Notes under the pieces: generated by a model | Told to the model about the DNA's origin: nothing | The model's input: the letters and a program-made list of their open reading frames with translations, nothing else | Database searches by the model: none | Assembly (NCBI GenBank): GCA_951406725.2 | Contig: OX597827.1 | Span: 31,186,001-31,250,000 of the forward strand | Direction: 5' to 3' | Length of the DNA stretch: 64,000 nt | DNA from: Octopus vulgaris | Taxonomy: Eukaryota | In this document: piece by piece, positions 25,079 to 38,670 of the stretch | Layout: the number at the start of each line of letters is the position of its first letter | Position numbering within the stretch: position 1 is the first letter of the stretch | Position numbers and translations under genes: made by a program

Positions 25079-25953
25079 CCATCACCATCACCACCACCAC
25101 CACCACCACCACCACCACCACCACCATCATCATCATCATCCATACGTCTTGTGTTGGACATATGTACAATCCTTTTTGTGTGTGCATGTGTGTGTGCGTA
25201 TATAGGCGTGTGTGTATGCGTGCATAAGGGTATGTGCGTATATAGATGTGGTTTACTCTTTGTATACTCCCTTATGCCTTTTTTCTGTATTGTTACCCTT
25301 AACCCTGTTTTTTCTTGTGCTTGTGCGTATATAGACGTGTGTATGAACCATTACGGTGGGCGTGTGTGTATGTGGGTTTCTATGTATATGCATATACATT
25401 TGGCGATGGATGAGAGTGAGAATGTGTACGTTTTCAAGTGAGGGTGGATGAATGTATAGCTTTAAGCGCATGCTTGTGGGTGTGCGGGCGCACATGTGTA
25501 GGTATGAACAGGCGCACTTACGCCAACACTATGAACTTTTTACCGCCTTACCTTATTTAGCGGTCATTCAAATAGCTCTTTTGTCTTAATAATGGTCAAT
25601 CACACAGTAATTTCCCTTTGAATAATGGTAATTTATCATAGCATTTTTCCGATGGCCGGATAACTAAAGAGATGGCGGTGTGAATTTCCACCTTGGCATC
25701 CAAACCTCGGAGTTTTATCATGGCTACTGAATAATAGTTACATATTACATTTACAGATAAATTCCTCTATTTACATAATATCGAGGTGTCCTTCGTTCTT
25801 TTGTTGTCTTACCGTTTTTATCAATATATATATATATATATATATATGAGGTATTTTCCAACTAACTGTTACCGATATACCAACATCAAACCACAAAACC
25901 ACATGACCTTCTTCGACCAATCGACAATCAACTTCTATCATTCAAATTCAAAA

Positions 25954-25994
25954 TGGCTGACGACTAGCATTACGCTTGAAACTCAAGAGTACCA
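25954..25994 (+). ncRNA. Type I hammerhead motif in a ~175-bp repeat (25847-26025)
   Basis: tgg-CTGACGA-ct-agc(attac)gct-t-GAA-ACTC(aa)GAGT-A-cca: stems I, II and III all close. Confidence 0.65.
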
Positions 25995-26039
25995 ACGAAT
26001 TTGAATCAAACTGTTCTGATCCATATATATATATATATA

Positions 26040-27286
26040 CAGGGGCTGGACAAAATAATGGAAACACCTAGCATCATAATTTTAAAATATCTATAAAACT
26101 GTCAAAAGCTTGTTTATTTTTATGTTATTTGATTTATGTTTTAGTGTTGCTTAATATGTTTTGCTAAAATTGCTGTTTCTTTTCAGATATCATCAGAAAA
26201 AAGTAATCAAAATTCATTAAAATGACAAATCTATCGGACTTTCAAAGAAGTCAAATTGTTGATGCTCGTATGACAGGCACTAGTGTAATGAAAACAGCCG
26301 AAATGTTTGGTGTATCAAGAAGTACTGTCTTGAAAGTAATTACAGCCTTTGAGAAAGAGGGAAAAACCTCCTTGTCAAACCAAAACTTTCAGATAGGGAC
26401 CGTCAGACTCTTATGCAAACTGTTAGAAAAGATAACAAAACTACAGATCCTGAAATCATTGCAGAGCTTAATGACCACTTCATGAACCCAGTTTTCACAA
26501 AAAACTATTTGCCGGGAGCTGCACAAGGCCAGATTTCACAAGAGGGCTGCAATCAGAAAACCACAACTTTCAAAAACAAATGTTGCAAAGTGTTTAGAGT
26601 AGAGTAAAAACCTACAGAATTGGTTCCTACAGCAGTAGAAGAATGTTATTTTCTCGGAAGAGTCATCCTTTACCTTATTTTCAACCACCAGCTAAGTATA
26701 CATGTGGAGACAGCCAAAAGAATCATTTGACCCAGACTGCCTTCTTCATTCTGTTAAACATAGAAGAGGATCTGTGATAATCTGGTGGGGCTATATCATG
26801 GAAATCTGCTGGCCCAATGGTTTCCTTCATGACAGAATTAATAGTCAAGACTATTTAAGCATTTCATCTGATACAATTCATCCTATGGTTGCGGAACTGT
26901 TTCTGGAGGGAAATGCAATCTTTCAGGATGATAATGCACCAATTCACACAGCTGAAGTTGTTACTGAATGGCACAACGAACATTCTAGTGAAATCGAATA
27001 TCTTATCTGGCCACCACAGTCCCCAGATCTCATTATTATTGAACATTTATGGTGCATTTTAGAAAAACAAGTAAGGAGTCGATACCCTCCACCATCATCA
27101 CTACAAGAACTGGAGACTGTTTTAGCTGAAGAATGGATAAAAATTCCTTTGGAAACAATTCAAACTTTGTATGAGTCCATATCTTGTAGAATTTAAGCTG
27201 TAATTACTGCCAAAGGTAGTCCTACTCCATCTTAAAATAAATTGTTTGAAATTTTAAGGTGTTTCCATTATTTTGTCCAACTCCTG
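26040..27286 (+). mobile_element. Full-length Tc1-family transposon, decayed transposase with DD36E spacing
   Basis: ~30-bp TIRs (caggggctggacaaaataatggaaacacct / aggtgtttccattattttgtccaactcctg) and TA target duplication. HTH from 26222; FSEES, FQDDNAPIH, WPPQSPDL..IEHLW. Stops and frameshifts. Confidence 0.93.
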
Positions 27287-27332
27287 TATATATAAATATA
27301 TATATGCATATGTATATGTATGTGTATGTGTA

Positions 27333-27399
<67 letters not shown>

Positions 27400-28068
27400 A
27401 TATATAATATATATATGTGTGTGTGTGTGTATGTCTGTATAGACTGTTTCAAGTGGTGTACAAATTTTATATGTAAAAGGAGGTTCTCAGAATTTTCAAT
27501 AATTGTTTATTTAGTGCTTTCATCTCATTTCAGAGAATCATCAGGAATGTATGTATGTATGTATGTATGTATGTATGTATGTATGTATGTATGTATGAGT
27601 GTATGTATGTATGTACGTCTGTGTGTGTATTGGAACACTATTTATTATTCTGTCATTATTCTGTCATAGAAGGTTTAAGTAGACTATTTAAGAAGGAGGT
27701 TTCAGCTCATTTGGTTACACACCAGCCAGCCTGACTGGCTGAACCATGTTCCTGTAGGCATTTATACCATTTATGGTGACACAATTTTTCATATCTGACT
27801 TTGCCTTTTATGCCAGAATGCTAGGCTGCGGTCCTGGGCTGAGGAACCTGAGTGCAAAGGGTTAAAACTCAACAGGAGTTACCACCCCCTTCCTACTTCC
27901 CCTCCAACAACCCAACCAATTTCCTGTCCACCACACAGTCAATTTCTTGTTCACCATGAGGCATTTTCCAACTAACTGTTACCGATATACCAACATCAAA
28001 CCAGGACACCATGTGACCTTCCTCAACCAATTGCAGCCCCCCTTATGGTAATAACAATCAATTCAAAA

Positions 28069-28109
28069 TGGCTGATGACTAGCATCATGCTTGAGACTTG
28101 AGAGTACCA
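28069..28109 (+). ncRNA. Second, decayed copy of the hammerhead motif (repeat 27955-28140)
   Basis: tgg-CTGATGA-ct-agcat(c)atgct-t-GAGA-cttgagag-TA-cca; GAAA is mutated to GAGA. Confidence 0.5.
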
Positions 28110-28207
28110 ACAAATTTGAATCAAACTGTTTTGATCCATACATGTAACTCCCAATAAATTTGTTGAGTGCCCTCCTTTTGTTTATCCACTCATATATGAA
28201 TATATAT

Positions 28208-28243
<36 letters not shown>

Positions 28244-28336
28244 CATCATATATATATCATCCAATATATGTAGGTCCCGGGTTGATTCGGGGTTAACCAC
28301 AGTAAATATCATCCAATATATATATATGTATACATA

Positions 28337-28840
28337 TCATCATCATCATTATCGTTTAACATTCGCTTTCCATGCTAGCATGGGTTGGACGATTTGACTG
28401 ATGAATGGCAAACCAGATGGCTGCACCAGGCAGAGTTTCTACAGCTGGATGCCCTTCCTAATGCCAACCACTCCGAGAGTGTAGTGGGTGCTTTTATGTG
28501 CCACCGGCACAAGAGCCAGTAAAGCGGTACTGGCAACGACCACGCTCAAGTGGTGTTTTCTACATGCCACAGGAGCCAGTCCAGCGGCACTGGCAATGAC
28601 CTCGCTTGAATGTTGCTTTTCACGTGCCACCGGCACAAGTGCAAGTTTGGCGATGCTCGTAGCGATCACATTTGAATGGTGCTCTTAGCGCTCCACTGGC
28701 ATGGGTGTCAGTCATCGAATTATTTGATTTGATTTCAATTTCACTTGCCTCAACAGGTCTTCGCAAGCAGAGTTTATCGTCCACTGAAGGAAAGGGACGC
28801 ATAAATGAGCTGGTTACACCCCTGGCATAGGCCACGGGTT
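28337..28840 (-). mobile_element. RTE 3' UTR fragment with ~4 array units
   Basis: Collinear with 1468-2050. Confidence 0.85.
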
Positions 28841-29370
<530 letters not shown>

Positions 29371-29374
29371 CATG

Positions 29375-29446
<72 letters not shown>

Positions 29447-29459
29447 TGTATATTCTTTT

Positions 29460-29652
29460 TTTCTTTTATTTGTTTCAGTCATTTGACTGTAGCCATGCTG
29501 GAGCACCACCTTTAGTTGAACAAATTGACCCCAGGACTTATTCTTTGTAAGTCTAGTACTCATCCAATTGGTCATTTTTGCTGAACTGCTAAGTTACGGG
29601 GATGTAAATACACCAACAACAGTTGTCAAGTGAAGGTGGGGGGACAAACGCA

Positions 29653-29744
<92 letters not shown>

Positions 29745-29905
29745 CACACACAATGGGTTTCTTTCAGTTTCCATCTATCAAATCTACTCACAAGGCTTTG
29801 CTCAACCCGAGGCTATAGTAGAAGACACTTGCCCAAGGTGCCACGCAGTGGGACAGAACCCAGAACTATGAGGTTGGGAAGCAAGTTTCTTATCACACAG
29901 CCATT
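29460..29905 (-). mobile_element. SINE family A with long internal (CA)n
   Basis: Reverse complement of the 54158 copy. Confidence 0.85.
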
Positions 29906-30707
29906 CTTATATATATATATATGAATGTTGTTGTAAAGCTTCAACCATTCGTATCGAAGTCAATCATCTAAGAGAGTAAAGATAATGTTATAAGAAAAAC
30001 CACAAGTTAAATACATCGACCCCAGGAGGCTGTATTTAACAAGACTTGTGGTTTTTTTAATTGTAACATTACATACGTATGCATGTGTGTGTGTATGTGT
30101 ATGTGTGTGTGTATATATATATACACACACATATGCATATGGTGGCTGCCCCCTTGTTATCGAGTATGGCCATTTCACGAAGTTTAATCAATGTTGTTAT
30201 CGTGCAATGCCTGTGCAAGAAGATTTTTTTAAAGTGAGGAAAGGCTGGGCACTGAGTCAATCCCACTCACTAAGCAACAGCAGCCATAATCCGAAAAGAA
30301 GAACAAGTCAACATCATCGGTAACCACTGAGCTGCAGGTTTTATGTTGGAGTTATCCCATTTACTTGAGTTACCCTCTCCTAGAAGGATGCCCTAACAAA
30401 GTCTAGGAGTCCGATTATTTCTGTGTCCCCGCGCATGATACAGCCTTAAGACATTTATTGGATGGCTGTGGACTCTCAAGAGTTCCTCCGCCCTTTGACG
30501 GGTCTTGTTTTTCATCCCTCAGGGTGTCCAATAAACACTCTCCTCACCAAGCAAGCTTGGTGGGGTTGCCGGTTTAGTCGCCGACGACCCAACCATGCAA
30601 CAGGTTGTACTGGGTTACATGTTACCAGTACCACTCATATGCATATATGTGTGTGTACACACACACACATGCACACACACACACACACACAGACACACAC
30701 ATACACA

Positions 30708-30755
<48 letters not shown>

Positions 30756-30770
30756 GTATTATGCATATGT

Positions 30771-31140
30771 GAAGGTGCATGGCTCAGTGGTTAGAGCATC
30801 GAGCTTATGATCGTGAGGTTGTGAGTTCGATTCCTGGACCGGGCTGCGTGTTGTGTTCTTGAGCAAGACACTTTATTTCACATTGCCCCAGTTCATTCAG
30901 CTGTACAAATAAGTTGTGACATCACTAGTGCCAAGCTGTATCAGCCTTTGCCTTTCCCTTGGATAACATCAGTGGCTTGGAGAGGGAAAAGCTGGTATGC
31001 GTGGACAACCTCTGGTCTTCCATAATAACAACCCTAGGTTGTGTGTTCACTGGTGAGGCAACTTTCTGCCCAGACTTTTACCCCAGAGGGGAACCTCTTA
31101 GTTGCACCCATGATCATTCGTGACCGACGGAGTCAAGAGT
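30771..31140 (+). mobile_element. tRNA-derived SINE family C
   Basis: TGGCTCAGTGG A box, GAGTTCGATTCC B box, body shared with 1168-1436. Confidence 0.8.
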
Positions 31141-31609
31141 TTTTATTAAGCATATGTATTTATGTATCAGTGTGGAATTAAGAAAAAGGAGAGAAAAGGA
31201 AATACAAAATACAATACAAAGAGGAAACAAGAGGAAAGGAGAAGGAGAGATTTACTTGAATCCAAATAAATAAAATACTAATGCAAGTTTTGTTCCTTGG
31301 TGAATAAAATATAGAAATATGAGACAACCAAACAGAAAGACAGACTGATAAAAGATAAGAAATAAGAGATAGCTTAATATGAAACGATATGAAATTAATA
31401 GATAAGCAACACCCTTCTTTTCTTAAATGGGAAGGCAGTGAAAAGCCCTACATACCATGACCTACATACAGTTATTTCATGAATTAGGTTTTGTGTATTT
31501 AAGGTCAAGTTTAGATACTTCCAAGGTGGAATTGAGGTATAGAGTGAGGTGGGGGTGGGCTCACCTTATGATATTTTTATCTAGGTTGACTGTGGTTATA
31601 AGGGTGACA

Positions 31610-31826
31610 TGAGGGGGTGTTGAAAAGTTCCTGGCTTTGGGTAAAAGAAAATTCAGGAGGATCAGTTAATTATGATTTTATTTTAACATATTCCTCTCTC
31701 AAATTCACACACTTATTGCAATGGTATTTCAGTTTTTCTAAGCCCTGTAAAAGAACTTGGATGGTTGGGCCTCCAGCCAGGCCTTTCGCGATACCTTAAA
31801 GCCTGCAACTTTTCAGCACTCTCTCG
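31610..31826. mobile_element. Mariner-type MITE
   Basis: TIRs tgagggggtgttgaaaagttcctggcttt / aaagcctgcaacttttcagcactctctcg followed by TA. Confidence 0.7.
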
Positions 31827-32495
31827 TATGTGTGTCTGACATAGTATATTTTCAACCACAGTATTCATGCCTTTGTTTTTTTTTAAAGACATATATGGAG
31901 ATTTAGCTGCTATTTCTATAAGGTCAAGCAACCCAGTACAAGCTTTCCTGCTGGTTCATTGTGTGTGTGTGTGTCTACTGACTGAATACAACCCTTACAT
32001 GACACTAAAATTTCCTTCCCTTTCTCCTACGATGTCCTCCTGATGACAGATTTGAAACCCCAAGTATCAACCTTAGCCAAAATACTAACAGATCCCTAGA
32101 AAATGTCATAAATGTTTCACATATCATGTAAATTCTTATATTTGTTATAAATGAAAGCAAGAGAAGTGGGGCTCATTAACCCTTTTTAGGGACCCCTAGA
32201 ACATATGGAAGGATAGAAAGACGTTATCACCAGATCAAGAAATTGGGTCCAATTACTAGCAACTGGAATGACCTACAAGAACCAAAGGCCAAAGGGCCAG
32301 GCAATGATGTTAAACTGGGCAAAATCCACGGCTCAAAAGCAACAATAGGTTTCAACAGGATTCAGTACAGTTGTCATTTACTAACTCTCATTAAGAAAAC
32401 TTTAATCAACTCAAAACAGAAAACATTTTCTGCAGGGTTAAAATGAACCTGAAAAGACGTACTTGCAAAACAGACTTCCCAACCACACAGTTATG

Positions 32496-32621
32496 CCTGT
32501 ACACCAAGTTAGACTTTGCCCTGTACACCAAGTTAGACCTTTCCCTGTACTTCAAGTTAGATCTTGTCTTGTAATCCAAGTTAGATCTTACCCTGTACTC
32601 CAAGTTAGACCTTACTCTGTA
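32496..32621. repeat. 24-bp minisatellite, 5 units
   Basis: cctgtacaccaagttagactttgc and variants. Confidence 0.9.
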
Positions 32622-33012
32622 GATTTATTTTCAAAGACATTCTAGATTTGGTTAACTTGCCCAGTTTTACATTTTTTCTTTTGTTGAAGAGATGGTATGT
32701 CTAAAAATTACAATAGTCAGGTTCTTCCTTCCTTTTTAAAGACGTGCATGAAGATCTAGCTGCTATTTCTTGCAGGTCAAGTGACCAAATACAAGCTCTC
32801 CCATTGGTTCACTCTATGTCTTGCAGTTGTTGTTGTTATGGTTGTTTAACACTTGGTCAATTCTAACCAAACAGGCCTTTAACCATAAGCATTACAACTG
32901 CAAAGACAGTGTATGTCAGAACATTGAAATCTTTCTCTTCCAGTCTGTTTATAAAAGACAGATGAGAGAGATTTGAAGGAAACAAAAGGAGAAAAGAGAA
33001 TGTGTGGTTTAC

Positions 33013-33165
33013 CTCAAATTTTGGCAAACTGATGCACTTCTTTTTGTTGAATTGTAACAGTTTATTTCTCTCGTTTTCTATTTCTCTCAGTTTCAGGTAA
33101 GTTTTTTCCTTCAGGGTTGGGTCAGCACAATTCAGTTCAAGGTTAGCCAATTCCTTCAGATGCTC
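33013..33165 (-). CDS. CFAP99: CFAP99-like coding exon (2nd): EHLKELANLELNCADP...LPKFE
   Basis: ttttcttttcag acceptor, GAG|gtaaac donor, 153 nt = 51 codons, phase 0/0. Confidence 0.8.
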
Positions 33166-33202
33166 CTGAAAAGAAAAAAACAGAAACTTCTTAAGCTTCA
33201 AT

Positions 33203-34585
33203 ATTCTTTTCTACTCTAGGTATGAGGCCTGAAAGTTTTGGGGAGGGTTTAAGTCAATTGCATCGACCCCAGTATTGACCCGGAAAGGACGAAAAGCGAA
33301 GTTGATCTTGGCAGAATTTGAACTCAGAACATAGCCACAGATGAAATACTGCTAAGCATTTCAATACTAAAACAGTAATCTCTGTTTTTACGAAAGGCAC
33401 AAGGCCTGAAATTTTAGGGAAAGTGGATAGTCAATTGCTTAGTCTCCTTTGTCAAACTGCTAAGTTACAGGGACATAAATATACCAAAATTGGTTGTCAA
33501 GCAGTGGTGGGGGACATGTGCAGACACAGACACACAGATCCACAATACATATATATATATATACAACAAATTTCTTTCAGCTTCCATCAATGAAATCCAC
33601 TAACAAGGCTTTTGTTGGTCCAAGGTTACAGTAAAGAACACTTGCCCAAGGTGCCATGCAGTGGCACCTTTGCCTTTCAACTCCAAAAGGATGAAAGACA
33701 AAGTTGACCAGAGTGAAATTTGAACTCAGAATGTAAAGCCGGAAGAAATATCACTAACTATCTTCTCCAACATGTTAACAATTCTGCAGGCTTGCCTTCT
33801 TTAATCTCTATTTAATAATGGTTTCCAATTTAGGCACAAGGCCAGCAATTTTGAAGGATGGGGTAAGTCGATTACACTAGCCCTGGTGATCAATTAGTAT
33901 TTATTTTATTGGCCCCAAGGGGATAAAAAGTAAAGTCAGCCTCAGTAGAATTTGAACTCAGAATGCAAAGACAGATAAAATGCTGCTAAGCATTTTGCCC
34001 GGCATGCTAACGATTCTGCCAGCTCCCCACCTTTAACCTCTAGGTAATAATAGCCAGTATTAATGCTGGCTGGTCAGTTGGTTGGTTGATTCCTTTACAT
34101 TGTATAGAAAGAAGGGGGAAGAGAGAGAAAGAGAAAGAGAGAGAGAGTAAATACAGGAAGTAAAAGACAAATATACTTTTCTACTCTAGGCACAAGGCCC
34201 GAAATTTTGGGGGAGGGTGCCAGTTGATTAGATTGATCCCATTACGCAATTGGTACTTAATTTATCGACCTCAAAAGGATGAAAGGCAAAGTCAACCTCG
34301 ATGGAATTTGAACTCAGAACATAAAGACAGATGAAATACTGCTAAGCATTTCACCCGGTGTGCTAACGTTTCCTTTCTACTCAAGGCACAAAGCCCGAAA
34401 TTTTAGGGGATGGTGCCAGTCGATTAGATCGACCCCAGTATGCAACTGGTAATTAATTTATTGACCCCGAAAGGATGAAAGGCAAAGTCGACCTCAACGG
34501 AATTTGAACTCAGAATGTAAAGACAGACAAAATACTGCTAAGCATTTCGCCTGGCGTGCTAACATTTCTGCCAGCTCACCGCCTT
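33203..34585 (-). mobile_element. Cluster of SINE family B copies including a tandem dimer (34173-34585), with a nested family A piece
   Basis: About five repeats of the aaggatgaaaggcaaagtc..gaatttgaactcagaa block. Confidence 0.8.
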
Positions 34586-34707
34586 GTTAAAGATAAATAT
34601 AAAATGATAACTTAAGAGGGGCCAGACATTTTTTTCTAATGAATTTTTGCAGAGACAAGTTTTCAGGGGAGTAGATTGTGATCATGTCGATGAAATACAG
34701 AAAGAAA

Positions 34708-34850
34708 TTTGCTTCTCAGCCACATGGTTCTGGGTTCAGTCCCACTGCATGGCACCTTGGGTAAGTGTCTTCTATTATAACCTTGAGTATTATAACCAAA
34801 GCGTTGTGAGTGGATTTAGTAGATGGAAACTGAAAAAAACCTGTTGTGTA

Positions 34851-34910
<60 letters not shown>

Positions 34911-35140
34911 TGTGTCTGTGTGTCTTTGTGTCTGCGTTGGTCCCCCACTACTGTTTGACAACCAGTGTTGGTATGTTTACATCCCTGTAAGTAAGTGGTT
35001 TGGCAAAGGAGACTGGGAGAATATGTACTGGGCTGAAAAAAGAAGTACTGGGGGCAATTCCTTTGACTAAAAATACTTCAAGGTGGGTGCCCCAGCATGG
35101 CCACAGTCTAATGACTGAAGCAGGTAAAAGCTAAAAGGCA
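34708..35140 (+). mobile_element. SINE family A, decayed
   Basis: Collinear with the 54158 copy. Confidence 0.75.
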
Positions 35141-35847
35141 AGAAGAGGTGCAAAATAAATGTCTTATAATTTTCTGAAAAACACAAATTTCTTAAATGAA
35201 GTTTTGTGAAGATAGGTTCTCAAGCGAGTAAATTACCAACATGGTGATAAAATTCAGAAAGAAGACACAGGAAAAAAAAGAAAAATCGACATATTTATTG
35301 CAAGTACGCAAATAAGAATTTTGTTTTGCTTAATTTTATTTTAAGGTTAATAAATATTTTTTCTTTTGAAAATTAGTATTCACTTCATGATTTTGTATAA
35401 GCACCAAGAAATTTAATAGAAAGTTAAATTATTATTATTGTATTTCCTGATATTACCAATGATGGCAAAAATATTCTTCCAAATGACAAATAACATTAAA
35501 ATTCAATATAAATTGTAGAATTCAATATAAATTTACTTGTTTCAGTTATTAGACTGTGGCCATGCTGGGGCACCACGTTGAAGGATTTTAGTTAAACGAA
35601 TTAACCCTTTTCTTTAAAGTCAAACATATTCTATCGGTTGTTTTTGTCAAACTGCTAACTTATGGAGACATAAACCCACAATTACTGGTTGTCAGGCAAT
35701 GATGGGGGACATATCTACGAATTTACAATCACTTACTTGTTTCAGGCATTAGAGTGTAGCCATGCTGGGCTACCATCTTGAAAGATTTTAGCTAAATGAA
35801 TTAACCCCAATACTCTTTTTTTTACTTTAAAACCAAGCGCATATTTA

Positions 35848-36404
35848 TTGGGTTGTCCGGAAAGTTCGCGCCGATTTATAGTAGCTTACCTTTCAACTTA
35901 TTTTAGAACATGGTTGAGTCCATAAAATAGGATTTGACTACACCTCCATTTAGAGCACAGTTTAAGCTGTCTTTTCATGGAAGAAGGTTAATGTTCCTAT
36001 AATCTGTGTTAATTCTGTAACCTTTTAAAATGGAAGTTAAGAAAGTTCATTTTCAGCACTTGATGCTTTGGGAACCAGACAAAAATTGCTGCAGCTCGGC
36101 TGTGATGTGTTACCCCATCCTCCATATTCACCAGATGTTGCTCCTTCAGATTTCCACTTATTCAGGTCTCTGCAGAATAGTCTTAATGGTAAAAATTTCA
36201 ATTCCTTGGATGACGTAAAATGATACCTTGATGAATTCTTTGCCATGAAATTCTTGGAACAGGGTATTTTCAAGTTAAAGGAAAGATGGAGACGCATTGT
36301 GCAACAAAATGGTTCATATTTGGTTGATTAAAAATGTAATGGCATGTATTTATTGACCTTTTTCTTTCCTTTAAAAATTGGCACGCACTTTTCGGACAAC
36401 CTAA
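35848..36404 (+). mobile_element. Internally deleted mariner element
   Basis: TA-flanked TIRs ttgggttgtccggaaagttcgcgccgattt / aaattggcacgcacttttcggacaacctaa. Encodes HPPYSPDVAPSDFHLFRSLQN. Confidence 0.9.
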
Positions 36405-38276
36405 TATTTCTTTATTGTCCACAGGGGGCTAAACATAGAGGGGACAAATAAGGATAGACAAAGGGATTAAGTTGATTACATTGGCCCCAGTGTGTAACTG
36501 GTACTTATTTAATCGATCCCAAAAGGCTGAAAGGCAAAGTTGACCTTGGCAGAATTTGAACTCAGAATGTAATGGCAGACGAAATACTGCTAAGCATTTC
36601 GCCTGGTGTGCTAACAATTCTGCCAGCTCGCCAAGCACATATTCTAACAGTCTTTTTTGCCAAACTGCTAAGTTAGAGACATAGACACACAATTATTGGT
36701 TGTCAAACAGCGGTGGGGGATATATCTATGAATTTATAATCCTTTACTTGTTTCAGTGATTAGACTGTGGCCATACTGGGGCACCACCTTACAGGATTTT
36801 TAGTCAAATGAATCAACCCCAGTACTTCTTACTTCTTCCTTAATGTTCAGTCCTTATTCCGTTGGTCTCTCTTGCTAAACTGCTAAGTTACGGGGATGTA
36901 AACACATCAGCACTGGCTGTCAAGCAGTGGCAGGGAACGTAACTATGAATTTATAAAAAATGATGTTTTATTATTTTTCTGAGCATAGATGCACTTCCAC
37001 TGGTTCTTACTGACATGCAGTTCTCCCCTGGCACTGAAATAGTGCCCTTGGTATAAAAAAAAAAAAAAAAAAAGACACCCCACATTGGCTCTCAATGATT
37101 TTGATCCAATTGTATCTCACCAGCTTCAGAACTGATTAGAACCACGTGTGTTATCTCACTCAGAGCCATTATGTACAAACACATACATGTGTGCCTGTAT
37201 ATATAAATGTGTAAATTTATATCACGTTATATATATTGTTGTGATCGTTGTCATCATTACCATTATCACCTTGTGTCATAATCATCATCATTTTGTGTCC
37301 ACTTTCCATACTGGCATAGGTGAAATGGTTTGGCAGGAAAGCAGCAAGTTGTAGGGCTGTGTCAAGCTCCAATGTCATTTTAGGTATGGTTTCTATGGCT
37401 GGATGCCATTCCTAATGCCAACCACTTTCCAGAGCATACTGGGTGCTTTTTTTCATGCCACTAGCACAAGCGAGGCTGCCATGTAACTTACAAGACAGAA
37501 AAAGAACAGCGCAAAAGGTGAAACCAGATGCTTCCACAATTAAGAGGAAGTACTTGGGAGGGAAAAGTGGAGGTGGATGGCTGTATGCCAGGTGTTGAAA
37601 GGCCAAAGTATGACAGAGGCACAAGCACAGGTGTCATGTTGTAGAGGAGATATATGGCTGAAGGAAATGAGAGCAAAGGTAATGATAAGGTTTTAGAGTA
37701 AATGCTCCAGGAACAAGAAGGTGAGCATAAAAGAGAACATAGACAGCAGATCATCGGAGGGAATGGAAGGGCGGATGCTTTCATAAGGGAGTGAGGAGGG
37801 GGTAAACAGGTGGAGGTAAAAAATAGTGTAGTGAGTGAGGAAGGGTGGGAGTGCAGATGAGGAGAAAGGTCAGTATGGAGAAGGGTAAGGTGGAAGATAT
37901 AGGAGTAGAAGAGATATAGGGATACATAAGGGGCTATAGTAAGTTACATCCAAGTAATTTAACTGTTCAGCAAAAGAGACCGATAGAATAAGTATTGAGC
38001 TTATGATTTTCAGAAACATTTTTTTCACACTCAGTTGCTGAAGCATGGAACAAACTACCTGCATCAGTTGTTAGCTGATGAGACATTGCATCCTTTAAAG
38101 CCACTATGCTTCCTCAAATTTGCCAACACTACACCTGATGTCCCCCACTCCATACACATGCACACATGTATATCATGACTTATACACTGTTCACTTTCTT
38201 GACTTTTGTACATAATCTTATGTACTGTACATGCACCTTTGATGAGTTGTAGTGCACCTGAGCACTATACACAATA

Positions 38277-38670
38277 TCATCATCATCATCATCGTTTAAC
38301 ATCTGTTTTCCATGGGTTGGACACTTCAACTGGGGTCTGAGAAGCCAGGAGGCTGCACCAGGCTCCAGTCTGATCTGGCAGTGTTTCTACAGCTGGATGC
38401 CCTTCCTAATGCCAATCACTCCGAGAGTGTAGTGGGTGCTTTTTATGTGCCACCGGCATAGGGGCCAGAGGAGCTGGCATTGACCACGATCAGATGGTAC
38501 TTTTTACATGCCACCCACATGGAAGCCAGTCAAAGCGACACTGGCATCGGCCACATTCAGATAGTGCTTTTTACATGTTACCAGCACAGGGGTCACAACT
38601 ACAATTTCCATTTGATTTGATTTTGATATTGATGTTGATGTACTTGACTCAATAGGTCTCGTCAAGCAAT
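38277..38670 (-). mobile_element. RTE 3' UTR fragment
   Basis: (GAT)n tail plus three array units. Confidence 0.85.
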
